Below, piece by piece: positions 1-7,844 of a stretch of 64,000 nt of DNA; within the stretch, counting starts at the first letter, position 1; the number at the start of each line of letters is the position of its first letter. The stretch spans positions 28,921 through 92,920 of the forward strand of contig CAMDDJ010000001.1 in NCBI GenBank assembly GCA_945891385.1. Direction: 5' to 3'. The position numbers and the translations under genes are program-made. Source of the stretch: Candidatus Kuenenia stuttgartensis (GTDB lineage: Bacteria > Planctomycetota > Planctomycetia > Pirellulales > UBA1268). A model generated the notes under the pieces. The model was not told the DNA's origin, did not search any database, and saw nothing but the letters and a program-made list of their open reading frames with translations.

Positions 1-13
1 GCCCCGTGAGGGC

Positions 14-1081
14 GTGATTGAATCGGCCTGGGTCGAGCCGCCCGGATCGGCGGCGGCGGTCGCCTCGGGCCAGGCCTGGCCGCCGGCGCGGCAGCGGGTC
101 GTCGTGCGGCTCGTGCCTGCGGTCGGCGGTGCCTGGATCGACGCTGCCGTGCAGACGGAGTCGCTCACGGGTGCCACCGCCGACAGCTCGGGCGTCGAAC
201 CGGTCGGCACCTGGCGGTCGCGGCCCGAGGCCGACAGCTTTACCGTGCAACTCGCCGCTCGGCTCGCCCCTTCGAGCGATCCCGTCTACTCGCTGCCGCC
301 GCTCGAACAGGAAGAGATGTACGTCCGCCGCTCCGGCGAACTGCCCTGGTCGAAGAGCCGCTTCCCGCGGCTCTCCCGGGCCGGCCACAAGGTCTGGGAG
401 GACTACCGCAACTTCTACGCCTGCGACAACCTCGTCTGCGTCACGGCCGCCTTCGGGGCCGGCGCGCTGATGGCCAACACCGGCTTCGACGACACGATGC
501 AGGCCGCCTGGCAGCGGGGCGTGGAGCCCACCAGCGTGGGCACCTTCTTCTCCGGCTGCAAGGACATCGGCGAGGGCCGCTACGCCCTCGCGATCTTCGG
601 CACGGCGGCGGCGACCGGGCTGGTCTTCGAGGGGCATCCCTTCGGCGACATTCTCGGCGAGTGGGGCTCGCGGTCGCTGCGGATGTTCGCGGTCGGGGCG
701 CCGCCCGTGTACGTGCTGCAAATGGCGACCGGTGCCTCGCGGCCCTCCGAGGACATCGGCAGCAAGTGGCACTTCTGGAACGACAACAACGGCGTCAGCG
801 GCCATGCCTTCGTGGGCGCGATCCCCTTCCTGGCCGCGGCCGACATGGTAGAGAGCCCTCTGCTCAAGGGCACGCTCTACGTCTGCTCCACCTTCGTGGG
901 TTTCTCGCGCATGACCGACAACGCCCACTATCCCTCGCAGGTCTTCCTCGGCTGGTATCTGGCCTGGGCCAGCGCCCGGGCCGTGGACGCTACCGAGATG
1001 CACTTCGCCGGCATGGAGGTGCAGGTGGTACCGCTGCCGATCGGTGAGCTCGGCGGGATGGGCGTGTCGACCACCTGGTGA
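14..1081 (+). CDS. PAP2-superfamily (phosphatidic-acid-phosphatase-like) membrane protein; N-terminus may lie upstream of the window
   Basis: 355-aa ORF with no in-frame stop between the window edge and the GTG at 14. The C-terminal half has ordered PAP2-type motifs GASRPSE, VSGHAF and SRMTDNAHYPSQ (SRx5Hx3, final D replaced by Q) within hydrophobic segments. Confidence 0.5.
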   Translation: MIESAWVEPPGSAAAVASGQAWPPARQRVVVRLVPAVGGAWIDAAVQTESLTGATADSSGVEPVGTWRSRPEADSFTVQLAARLAPSSDPVYSLPPLEQEEMYVRRSGELPWSKSRFPRLSRAGHKVWEDYRNFYACDNLVCVTAAFGAGALMANTGFDDTMQAAWQRGVEPTSVGTFFSGCKDIGEGRYALAIFGTAAATGLVFEGHPFGDILGEWGSRSLRMFAVGAPPVYVLQMATGASRPSEDIGSKWHFWNDNNGVSGHAFVGAIPFLAAADMVESPLLKGTLYVCSTFVGFSRMTDNAHYPSQVFLGWYLAWASARAVDATEMHFAGMEVQVVPLPIGELGGMGVSTTW

Positions 1082-1119
1082 GTGGTCAGGGCAGGGAGCG
1101 TCCTGCCTCCGCTGCGTGC

Positions 1120-2949
1120 TCACGAAACCCGGCGTCTGGCTGCAAGGGGGATCCCAGCGGCAGCGGCGGCGAGCAGGGTGAGGCCGCCGGGCTCGGGGAC
1201 GGCCTGCCAGGAGACGGCGTAGGCCTGGGGATTGTTGACGTCGCCCCAGACGTTGCCGGTCGTGTTGTCGAAGGTGTTGAGCGGGTAGCTGATCCGCAGG
1301 CCGTACTGGCCGGAGGAGGGCACCGTGAAGGAGAGGTGTTCCACGGTGTTGTAGAGGCTCTCCGAGCTGGCGACCAGCGTCGTGAAGTCGTTGCTCGAGT
1401 CGAGTGCCCAGACCGATAGGTTGAGGTCGGCCTGGGCCACGTCGTCGTACTGGAGCGTACCGAAATCGAAAAACCGGTTTCGCAACCAGCTGAGCGTGAC
1501 GGTAAGCGGGGTTCCTCCGAGAAGGGCATCAGAGATCACGTAGTCGTTGTCGACGCCGAGGACCGCTTCGCCATAGTCCCATCCAAATCGAGTGACGTCA
1601 CCGAGATCGCCCGTCGTGGTGCCCGGCACATCGGTCTGCCCGTTCACCTGGAGGTCGAATGTGGTGTCGAGATTCATTCGGCCGGAGCCAGCCGCCCAAT
1701 CCAGCGACTGCGTGGTGCGGAGATAGGTGTCGCTGCCCACGGTCACCGTCTGCTGACCGTTGTCCCAGCCAGTGGTTTTGTCGGCGCCGTTCAAAAGCAG
1801 TGACTTCACCACCACGCTCTCGGCGGCAGCGGGATTGCCCGCCAGCGTCGGCAACGTCTTCGCCGCGCTGGCAAGGAGGCTCGCACCGCCGGCCACGAGC
1901 GGCGCCGCGAAACTCGTCCCGCTGATGCCGTTGGAGTACGCAACTGGAATCGAGCCCTGATCGAGGGATCCCGTGAGCGTCGGGTTGTTGCCCCCATTCT
2001 GTCCGCCGTACAGGGCCGATACCAACGAGAAGCCGGGGGCGGACACATCGACTGCCGCCCGCACTCCGGGCACGGTCACGGTCGTATTGGTTTCGTCCCG
2101 ATAGCCGAAGGCCTGCGGGGCTCGACTGCTGAAGCCCGCTACGGTGTCAAAGCTGTTGGCCGGGCTCAGGGCTCCTACCGTGATCGTGTTGTAGAGGGAG
2201 CCGGGAGCACCGACGGTGTTGGTGGTGGGCCCTTCGTTTCCGGCGCTCGTCACATAGGTCGTCGTCGGATTTAGGAAGCCATAGGCGTCCATCGCGATCG
2301 AGAGGTCGAAAGTCGTGCCGCTTGGATCGGAGTAGCCAAAGCTTGAATTCACCACGTCCGCCACTCCGAACGTCTGCTCGAAGGGATAGAGGATCGAGTT
2401 CGCCGAGATATTGAACGACAGCGCGTACGCGGGTGAAATCCAAGCCGTCGCGATCGCGGCTGATCGGAGGGTCGTGTCGGGGGCGATGCCCTGCGACAGC
2501 ACCGGGTCTCCACTGATGGTGTCCTGGCCGCCAATCAGCATCGCAGCCCAGGTGGCGTGGCGATCGTATTTGGCCGAGATCGAGGTTCCGCCCCAGGAAC
2601 TCGCCGGATCAGCGACGAAGTTCGTCGTGGTCGTTGCCACGTGCTGCAGCGTCTCGTGGCCGTTCCAGAAAAAGCCAGCCTCCAAGTTCGTGGAGATCGT
2701 GTTCTGACCTGTGATGGGCGTCGTGTGGTCGTAGTAGCGGTCGGCTCCCAGAAACGCGTTGAGGTCAAACGTCTGACCGCCGACAGTCGTTGTGGCGTCG
2801 CCTCCCGGGGACGGCACGGTCTCCGCCGCCACGGGGTAGGCCGCCGTGATGATGACCGCCTGATCGAGTTGGCCGGCATGGACGAGGAGATGTCCACTCG
2901 CCGCAACCAACAGGGCCAGCGCAGGCCATGTCCCCACAAACCTGCGCAC
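1120..2949 (-). CDS. secreted subtilisin-family (S8) serine peptidase with C-terminal PEP-CTERM sorting signal
   Basis: 609 aa. Signal peptide MRRFVGTWPALALLVAASG; motifs HATWAAMLIGG, TSAGNEGP and SGTSFAAPLVAGG (catalytic Ser motif). C-terminus is VPEPGGLTLLAAAAAGIPLAARRR, i.e. PEP motif + TM helix + Arg cluster. Confidence 0.8.
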   Translation of the reverse strand: MRRFVGTWPALALLVAASGHLLVHAGQLDQAVIITAAYPVAAETVPSPGGDATTTVGGQTFDLNAFLGADRYYDHTTPITGQNTISTNLEAGFFWNGHETLQHVATTTTNFVADPASSWGGTSISAKYDRHATWAAMLIGGQDTISGDPVLSQGIAPDTTLRSAAIATAWISPAYALSFNISANSILYPFEQTFGVADVVNSSFGYSDPSGTTFDLSIAMDAYGFLNPTTTYVTSAGNEGPTTNTVGAPGSLYNTITVGALSPANSFDTVAGFSSRAPQAFGYRDETNTTVTVPGVRAAVDVSAPGFSLVSALYGGQNGGNNPTLTGSLDQGSIPVAYSNGISGTSFAAPLVAGGASLLASAAKTLPTLAGNPAAAESVVVKSLLLNGADKTTGWDNGQQTVTVGSDTYLRTTQSLDWAAGSGRMNLDTTFDLQVNGQTDVPGTTTGDLGDVTRFGWDYGEAVLGVDNDYVISDALLGGTPLTVTLSWLRNRFFDFGTLQYDDVAQADLNLSVWALDSSNDFTTLVASSESLYNTVEHLSFTVPSSGQYGLRISYPLNTFDNTTGNVWGDVNNPQAYAVSWQAVPEPGGLTLLAAAAAGIPLAARRRVS

Positions 2950-3021
2950 GATTGCCCCCCGGCATCACCAGACTGTTCCCCAGGGACTCAAAGCCCCTGG
3001 TGCTTCTGCAGGCCGCCCAAA

Positions 3022-3528
3022 TCAGCCCTCGACAACGAGCCGATCCTCATGCTCTGCGGGCAGCCGTGAGGAACGGATCATGTCGAGCGTTACGGGGCGA
3101 ACGAAGTAGCCGGAAACCCCGGCCGCCAAGGCCCGCTGCTCCTCTTCCAGGCGGTAGTCATCGGTGGCCATGAACACGGCCGACCGCTTGCCCTGACCAA
3201 CCCGGTCCAGGGACACGCGCGAGCCGCCCATGAGCGGGTCGACGCTGCCCTGCAGCACGTACGGCGAGAGAATCTCCAACAGGTCAAAACCCGACATGTC
3301 GGGGAGTTCGGAGGCCACAAGCCAAGCGTCCGCCCGGAAACGACGGGCGAGCCGAACGGCCGACCGGCCATCGACGCAGAAGTGGAGGCCCACCTGCCCA
3401 TCCTGGGCTGCCTTCACGAAGTCGGCATACCGGTCACACTTCGAGTCGACGATTACGATCTCGCGGATGCCGATCCCGCGAAGCGAGCAATCAGCAGGGA
3501 GAGCGGTGTGGTGATCGGTTGTGTGCAT
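3022..3528 (-). CDS. stand-alone receiver-fold (CheY-like) protein lacking the phospho-acceptor Asp (pseudo-receiver)
   Basis: Receiver-like layout: IVIVDS..., DGRSAVRLAR, LPDMSGFDLLEIL, VFMATDD, AAGVSGYFVRPV. The acceptor position reads WLVASELPDMSG (Ala where Asp is expected), and the conserved Lys reads Arg (FVRP). Start taken at ATG 3528; the track uses TTG 3576. Confidence 0.55.
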   Translation of the reverse strand: MHTTDHHTALPADCSLRGIGIREIVIVDSKCDRYADFVKAAQDGQVGLHFCVDGRSAVRLARRFRADAWLVASELPDMSGFDLLEILSPYVLQGSVDPLMGGSRVSLDRVGQGKRSAVFMATDDYRLEEEQRALAAGVSGYFVRPVTLDMIRSSRLPAEHEDRLVVEG

Positions 3529-3540
3529 GGCGAAGGTCCG

Positions 3541-3587
3541 TAAAGAAGAAAGAAAAGTGGAGTTGAAACGGATCAACGATCCGTTTC
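3541..3587 (-). terminator. perfect 10-bp hairpin followed by a U-rich tract (possible terminator/attenuator between two minus-strand genes)
   Basis: On the minus strand: gaaacggatc-gtt-gatccgtttc (3587-3565), overlapping the stop codon of the upstream ORF, then aactccacTTTTCTTTCTTCTTTa (3564-3541). The tract is strikingly AT-rich for this genome. Confidence 0.3.
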
Positions 3588-4013
3588 CGGTGCGACCTCG
3601 ACGATCGAGACGGCCCGCGTCCAGCGAGCCGACGGCGTGGCGCCGACGGAATGGCCCGACAGAGGCCGGACATACAAGAGACTTTGCGGCTCAAGATCGG
3701 CGACCAGCAGCGGCGTCACCAGTTTGGAGTGGGCGAAGACCTCCCGCAGGCGGTAGTGGCTGGCCCGGTCTTGGGTGGGCACCGACTGACGGGCCAGGGA
3801 CTTCACGCTCACGATCGGCCGGGAAGCGTCATTCCACTGCGTCTCGACTCCCGTTCGGGACTCCAGGTCGGAATCCTTGAGAAGTCCCGAAAGCACCGTC
3901 TCGGGGCCGGCCGGAAAACTCTCCGCACGAACGCCCTGGGTTCCGCCGAACGAGCCGAGCGAAACGGCCAAACCTACGATCGTGCCTCGGCACCAACCCT
4001 TCATGCACCACAT
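3573..4013 (-). CDS. hypothetical secreted protein
   Basis: High third-position GC throughout. GAGGTG lies 4 nt upstream of ATG 4013. N-terminus MWCMKGWCRGTIVGLAVSLGSFGGTQGVRA looks like a signal peptide. No recognisable family. Confidence 0.5.
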   Translation of the reverse strand: MWCMKGWCRGTIVGLAVSLGSFGGTQGVRAESFPAGPETVLSGLLKDSDLESRTGVETQWNDASRPIVSVKSLARQSVPTQDRASHYRLREVFAHSKLVTPLLVADLEPQSLLYVRPLSGHSVGATPSARWTRAVSIVEVAPETDR

Positions 4014-4200
4014 AACGCACCTCTGAATCGAACAGTTCTTGCAAGCCACAAATGTGAACGCTCTTCCCGACGGCGTGGAAGGAATTCCTCGCCTGGCAGG
4101 CTTCGACTTTTTCCCGACTCAAGGCCGTAGGCCTCGGAGTCGTCATCAACAGCAAAAATTTCGGATCGTGGAATCGACACCCTGCGGATCGCTTGCTCGA

Positions 4201-4320
4201 TCACACGAGCGAGACGATCGACAGGAAGAGGACGATCGGCATGGCGCAGAACAGAACGTCGACATGCGTCAACGCCCATCCGCGCCGGGCGATCTCTCCA
4301 GCCCGATACGACGGCTTCAT
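4201..4320 (-). CDS. 39-aa small membrane protein (hypothetical; below the ORF-track length cut-off)
   Basis: Translation MKPSYRAGEIARRGWALTHVDVLFCAMPIVLFLSIVSLV*. AGGAG lies 7 nt upstream of the ATG, GC3 is high, and there is a C-terminal hydrophobic helix. Confidence 0.4.
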   Translation of the reverse strand: MKPSYRAGEIARRGWALTHVDVLFCAMPIVLFLSIVSLV

Positions 4321-4423
4321 TGGCAGACTCCTACAAGCGGTGAAACAAACCTCCGAACTGGGCAGATGAGCGAACCCTCGCCTTGGCGGAAACTCGTCCC
4401 GCTACGGCGCCTGGCGTGCTCAG

Positions 4424-4684
4424 CCACCCCTTCGAAAAGGGGTGGAGCGAATCGCTCCAGTGCTTTTCGCTGCCTAAAAACAATTGCACATTCCGTGCCA
4501 AACGGTCCGCCGACGTCGCGGAAATCGGGAGAAGAACGCGTTCGGCCATGAAAAAAGGCTTTTTTTCTTATGGCTGGGCCGCGTCGGCCAGCCGATCGGC
4601 CGGTCGGGTTGTGCCGGCACTGGAGCGATTCGCTCCAGTTGGCTGGTCGCCAGCGACCAGGGGTGGAGCGAATCGCTCCACCCC
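4424..4684. repeat. cluster of three copies of a 17-nt palindromic unit TGGAGCGA(A/T)TCGCTCCA plus an adjacent 9-bp hairpin (REP-like extragenic palindromes)
   Basis: Copies at 4443-4459, 4621-4637 and 4664-4680. Copy 3 extends to the 25-nt palindrome ggggTGGAGCGAATCGCTCCAcccc (4660-4684). Copies 1 and 2 carry the inverted extensions ...CCAgtgc / gcacTGG.... A hairpin ccacccctt-cgaa-aaggggtgg lies at 4424-4445. Confidence 0.7.
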
Positions 4685-4742
4685 AACCCCCCGGTCTGGG
4701 AGGTTTTCGCGGGTGGCCCCTGCTCGCATCCCGCGCCGGTGC

Positions 4743-5843
4743 TCAGACGCTGTGCAGGGCCTGACGGACCAGGTCGGGATCGATCCCGTCAACGAGATCC
4801 ACGTGGCCGACCCGGTCGGGCAGCACGAACCGCAACCTGCCACCCAGCGACTTTTTGTCGCGGGCCATGATGGCGAGCAGTTGGTCGTCAGCGAGGCCGG
4901 CCGTTTCAGGGGGTGAGGTGGGCAGCCCGAGGCGGAGGAGGAGGGAGTCCTGCCGACCGACAAGCTCCGGGGAAACCCGTCCCAGGAGTCGGGCCAGCCG
5001 TGCGGCCCGGGCCATCCCGATCGCTACGGCCTCGCCATGGAGAAGGCTGCCATATCCGGCCGCGGTTTCGTAGGCGTGGCCGAAGGTGTGGCCGTAATTG
5101 AGGGCCGCCCGCAGCCCGGAGGTCTCCCGTTCGTCCCGCTCGACCACCTCGGCCTTGAGGGCGGCTGACCGGTGGACCGCGTGGGCGACGTCCGCCGGTT
5201 CACGGGCCAGAATGCCCTCCACATGAGCCTCGAGCCAGCCGAAAAACTCCGCGTCGAGGATCATTCCATACTTCACAACCTCGGCGAGGCCGCTGGTGAA
5301 TTCCCGAGTCGGCAGGGTGGCGAGCGTGTCGATGTCGGCGACCACACCCCGCGGCTGCCAAAAGGCCCCGACCAGGTTTTTCCCGCCCGCCAAATTGATT
5401 CCGGTCTTGCCGCCGATGGCGCTATCCACCTGGGCGACCAGCGTCGTAGCAACCTGCCAGACGGGGAGCCCGCGTGCGAACGAGGCAGCGGCGAACCCGG
5501 CCAGGTCGCCGATGACCCCCCCGCCGACCGCGACCACATGCGTGGTTCGGTCAAGGGCGAGGCGGGCCATTTCGTCCCAGAGCCTGCCCACCATGTCCAG
5601 CGACTTCGAAGCCTCGCCGGAGGGCACGGGAAAGACCGTGTGTTCGATCCCTGCCTTGGTCAGTGCCTCGGCCACCACTGCCGCATGGGTGCCCGCAACC
5701 GCCGCATCCACCACGACGAAGGCCCGCCGAGCACCCGACCGGCCCAGCAGGTCGCCAACCCCGGCCAGGAGTCCGTTTCCGCAGACGATGTCGTAGGACC
5801 GGTCGGTCGGATCGCCCGGCAGATGGAGGCGGATGCTGGTCAC
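4743..5843 (-). CDS. aroB: 3-dehydroquinate synthase
   Basis: 366 aa with GGGVIGDLAGFAAASFARGLPVWQVATTLVAQVDSAIGGKTGINL and ALNYGHTFGHA motifs. Confidence 0.92.
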   Translation of the reverse strand: MTSIRLHLPGDPTDRSYDIVCGNGLLAGVGDLLGRSGARRAFVVVDAAVAGTHAAVVAEALTKAGIEHTVFPVPSGEASKSLDMVGRLWDEMARLALDRTTHVVAVGGGVIGDLAGFAAASFARGLPVWQVATTLVAQVDSAIGGKTGINLAGGKNLVGAFWQPRGVVADIDTLATLPTREFTSGLAEVVKYGMILDAEFFGWLEAHVEGILAREPADVAHAVHRSAALKAEVVERDERETSGLRAALNYGHTFGHAYETAAGYGSLLHGEAVAIGMARAARLARLLGRVSPELVGRQDSLLLRLGLPTSPPETAGLADDQLLAIMARDKKSLGGRLRFVLPDRVGHVDLVDGIDPDLVRQALHSV

Positions 5844-5845
5844 GC

Positions 5846-6073
5846 TCAGGTCGCGCTCACCCGGTCGAGGTCCGCCGGGGTGACCGTGATCACCCGAGCA
5901 AACCCGGTGTGCTGGCGCACGTAATCCAGCTCCGCGGCCTCGGCGGGCGAAGCATGGAGGCGTTCCTCGGCCCGGGCCCGATCGGCCGCAGACCAGTCCT
6001 CGAACTCAGCCGGCCAGAGCGTGTGCCGCTCCACCACCAGTGCTTCCCGATACGGGTCAAACGCGTTTGCCAC
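5846..6073 (-). CDS. hypothetical 75-aa protein immediately upstream of and co-directional with aroB
   Basis: The ORF ends 2 nt before the aroB start. Composition is not Arg/Pro-biased, unlike the shadow ORFs. No known motif. Confidence 0.45.
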   Translation of the reverse strand: MANAFDPYREALVVERHTLWPAEFEDWSAADRARAEERLHASPAEAAELDYVRQHTGFARVITVTPADLDRVSAT

Positions 6074-6112
6074 GCCGCGAAACTCCCTACGAAGATACCT
6101 TTACCGCACCAC

Positions 6113-6141
6113 ACTATAGTGGTCTTGGAACGGTGATCCAA
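6113..6141 (-). promoter_or_regulatory. candidate sigma70-type promoter for the 5846-6073/aroB operon
   Basis: The minus strand reads TTGGAT (6141-6136) - 17 nt - TATAGT (6118-6113), about 35 nt upstream of the ATG at 6073. It is embedded in palindromes (see findings). Confidence 0.25.
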
Positions 6142-6223
6142 GAACGCGATCGCTCCGCCTGCCGGTCGGACCGGGTGGCTGCCCGAACCCCGTCAGGCCG
6201 TTTCGAGTCCTGGCGCGACGCCG

Positions 6224-6862
6224 ATGCACAAGCAACCTGCCTCCAGCGTGATGAGCCCTCCAGCGTCGGGATCCTCCGTTCGAACCGGAGTCTGGCTCGT
6301 GCTCGGCCTCGTCCTGCTGGCGGTAGGTCTCGCCGTATTCGCCGTGTGGTTCCAATGGGGCCAGACCCGAAGGTGCCTCCACTTCCTAGGGCCTGTCGGC
6401 GCCAGGCGGATTCAGACGGCCGAGCGGGTGGAACTCTGGATTGTGGCGGCCGGCGGGGACAAACTCCGCGTTCAACAGCGATTCGACGTATCGCGGGCGC
6501 CGGGGCTGGTCCATCTGCGGCGGGGCCTGATTGAAGACGTCAACTTCAACTGGAACGTCGAGACCGTGGTACCCGGCGTCGAGCCATCTGGTGGTCGACC
6601 GAGCGGTAGGCTTCCGGCCGAGGCCTGGGACCTGGCCATCGCCTTCCTGGAAGCTCCTGCCGCACAGGCCAAGCAGAGGCCCGCCGCCTCGACGGAACAA
6701 CCCGGTATGACCGTGCTGGCCTTCGATCTCGACGGCCGCGGGGCCATGACGGTGGTGGGGCGACCGGGCCGGGTCGGCCTGGGCCGGCTGGCGAGCGGCC
6801 TGAGAACCTGGGTCGATGACGCAAGAAAACTCGGGGTCGAGGCGGGGGAAACCGGGCTTTGA
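6224..6862 (+). CDS. hypothetical single-pass membrane protein
   Basis: 212 aa with one clear TM helix (GVWLVLGLVLLAVGLAVFAVWF) followed by a soluble domain. No known motif. Confidence 0.45.
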   Translation: MHKQPASSVMSPPASGSSVRTGVWLVLGLVLLAVGLAVFAVWFQWGQTRRCLHFLGPVGARRIQTAERVELWIVAAGGDKLRVQQRFDVSRAPGLVHLRRGLIEDVNFNWNVETVVPGVEPSGGRPSGRLPAEAWDLAIAFLEAPAAQAKQRPAASTEQPGMTVLAFDLDGRGAMTVVGRPGRVGLGRLASGLRTWVDDARKLGVEAGETGL

Positions 6863-6971
6863 CCGGACCCGGTCAGCCCCCTATCCTCCCCGCCCGCCAG
6901 GCTGCAGCAACGCCCAGGCCAGTCGGTCTTCCTGCTGCATGCCATGTGCGTCACCGCTGAGAGAGCCCGCC

Positions 6972-7844
6972 ATGCGGTCCATCGCCGTTGCGAATCAAAA
7001 AGGTGGGGTCGGCAAGACGACCACGTCGGTCAATCTGGCCGTCGCACTCTCGCGGGCCGGCCGCCGCGTCTGCTTGATCGATCTTGATCCGCAGGCGCAT
7101 GCGACGCTCCATGTGGGGGTCACCCCGGGCGACACGCCAGCCTCAGCGTTCGATGTGTTGGCGGCTGATCGATCCTTGGCCGAGGCCGTGGTTCAGGTCA
7201 CCGACACACTCGCCGTCGTGCCTTCCCATATCGATCTCTCGGCGGTGGAGATGGCGCTGGCCGGTCGCGCGGGCCGCGAGACGATTCTCCGCGACCGGAT
7301 GGCAGCCGACCCTCGATTCGGATCCCCGCTGGTCGGGGGGGCTGCGCTGGGCGGCGGGTCGCGGGAGACGCAGTTTGACTACGTGGTGATCGACTGCCCT
7401 CCTTCCCTCGGCCTGTTGTCGCTCAATGCGATGGCCGCGGCCGGTGAAGTGCTGCTGCCGCTGCAGCCCCATTTTCTCGCCCTGCATGGTCTGAGCAAAC
7501 TGCTGGAAACGATCGAACTGGTGTCGGAGCACGTCAATCCCCGGCTCCGCCTGTTGGGCGTGGTGCTCTGTCTCTACGAAGCTGGCACCCGCCTGGCGGT
7601 CGAGATTGGACGGGACGTCGATTCGTTCTTCGCGGCAGCCGGTGAGTCGCACCCCGCCTGGCGCGACGGGAAACTCTTTGCAACCAGGATTCGGCGGAAC
7701 ATCCGGCTCGCCGAGGCACCGAGTTTCGGGCAGTCGATCTTCGACTACGCGGCCGCTTCGCACGGGGCGGAGGACTATGCGGCTCTGGCCGCCGAGGTCG
7801 ACGCTGCCGCGCGGGTCGTCGGCCAAGATCGCTTGGTGGCGTGA
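6972..7844 (+). CDS. ParA/MinD-family P-loop ATPase (orphan, no ParB nearby)
   Basis: MRSIAVANQKGGVGKTTTSVNLA (deviant Walker A), LIDLDPQ, VVIDCPPSLG (Walker B region). Start moved to ATG 6972 because the family begins there. Confidence 0.85.
   Translation: MRSIAVANQKGGVGKTTTSVNLAVALSRAGRRVCLIDLDPQAHATLHVGVTPGDTPASAFDVLAADRSLAEAVVQVTDTLAVVPSHIDLSAVEMALAGRAGRETILRDRMAADPRFGSPLVGGAALGGGSRETQFDYVVIDCPPSLGLLSLNAMAAAGEVLLPLQPHFLALHGLSKLLETIELVSEHVNPRLRLLGVVLCLYEAGTRLAVEIGRDVDSFFAAAGESHPAWRDGKLFATRIRRNIRLAEAPSFGQSIFDYAAASHGAEDYAALAAEVDAAARVVGQDRLVA

Noticed and set aside
2640-2700. The S8 protease appears to have Glu (NLEAGF) where the catalytic Asp motif (DTG) is expected, hinting at an unusual triad.
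   Set aside because: My manual alignment of the N-terminal region is not reliable enough, and the true Asp may lie elsewhere. An HMM alignment to Peptidase_S8 is needed before any claim.
4001-4279. 92-aa minus-strand ORF between the secreted-protein gene and the micro-protein.
   Set aside because: Third-codon positions are roughly half A/T, against about 75-80% G/C in neighbouring real genes. The ORF overlaps both better-supported ORFs and has no RBS.
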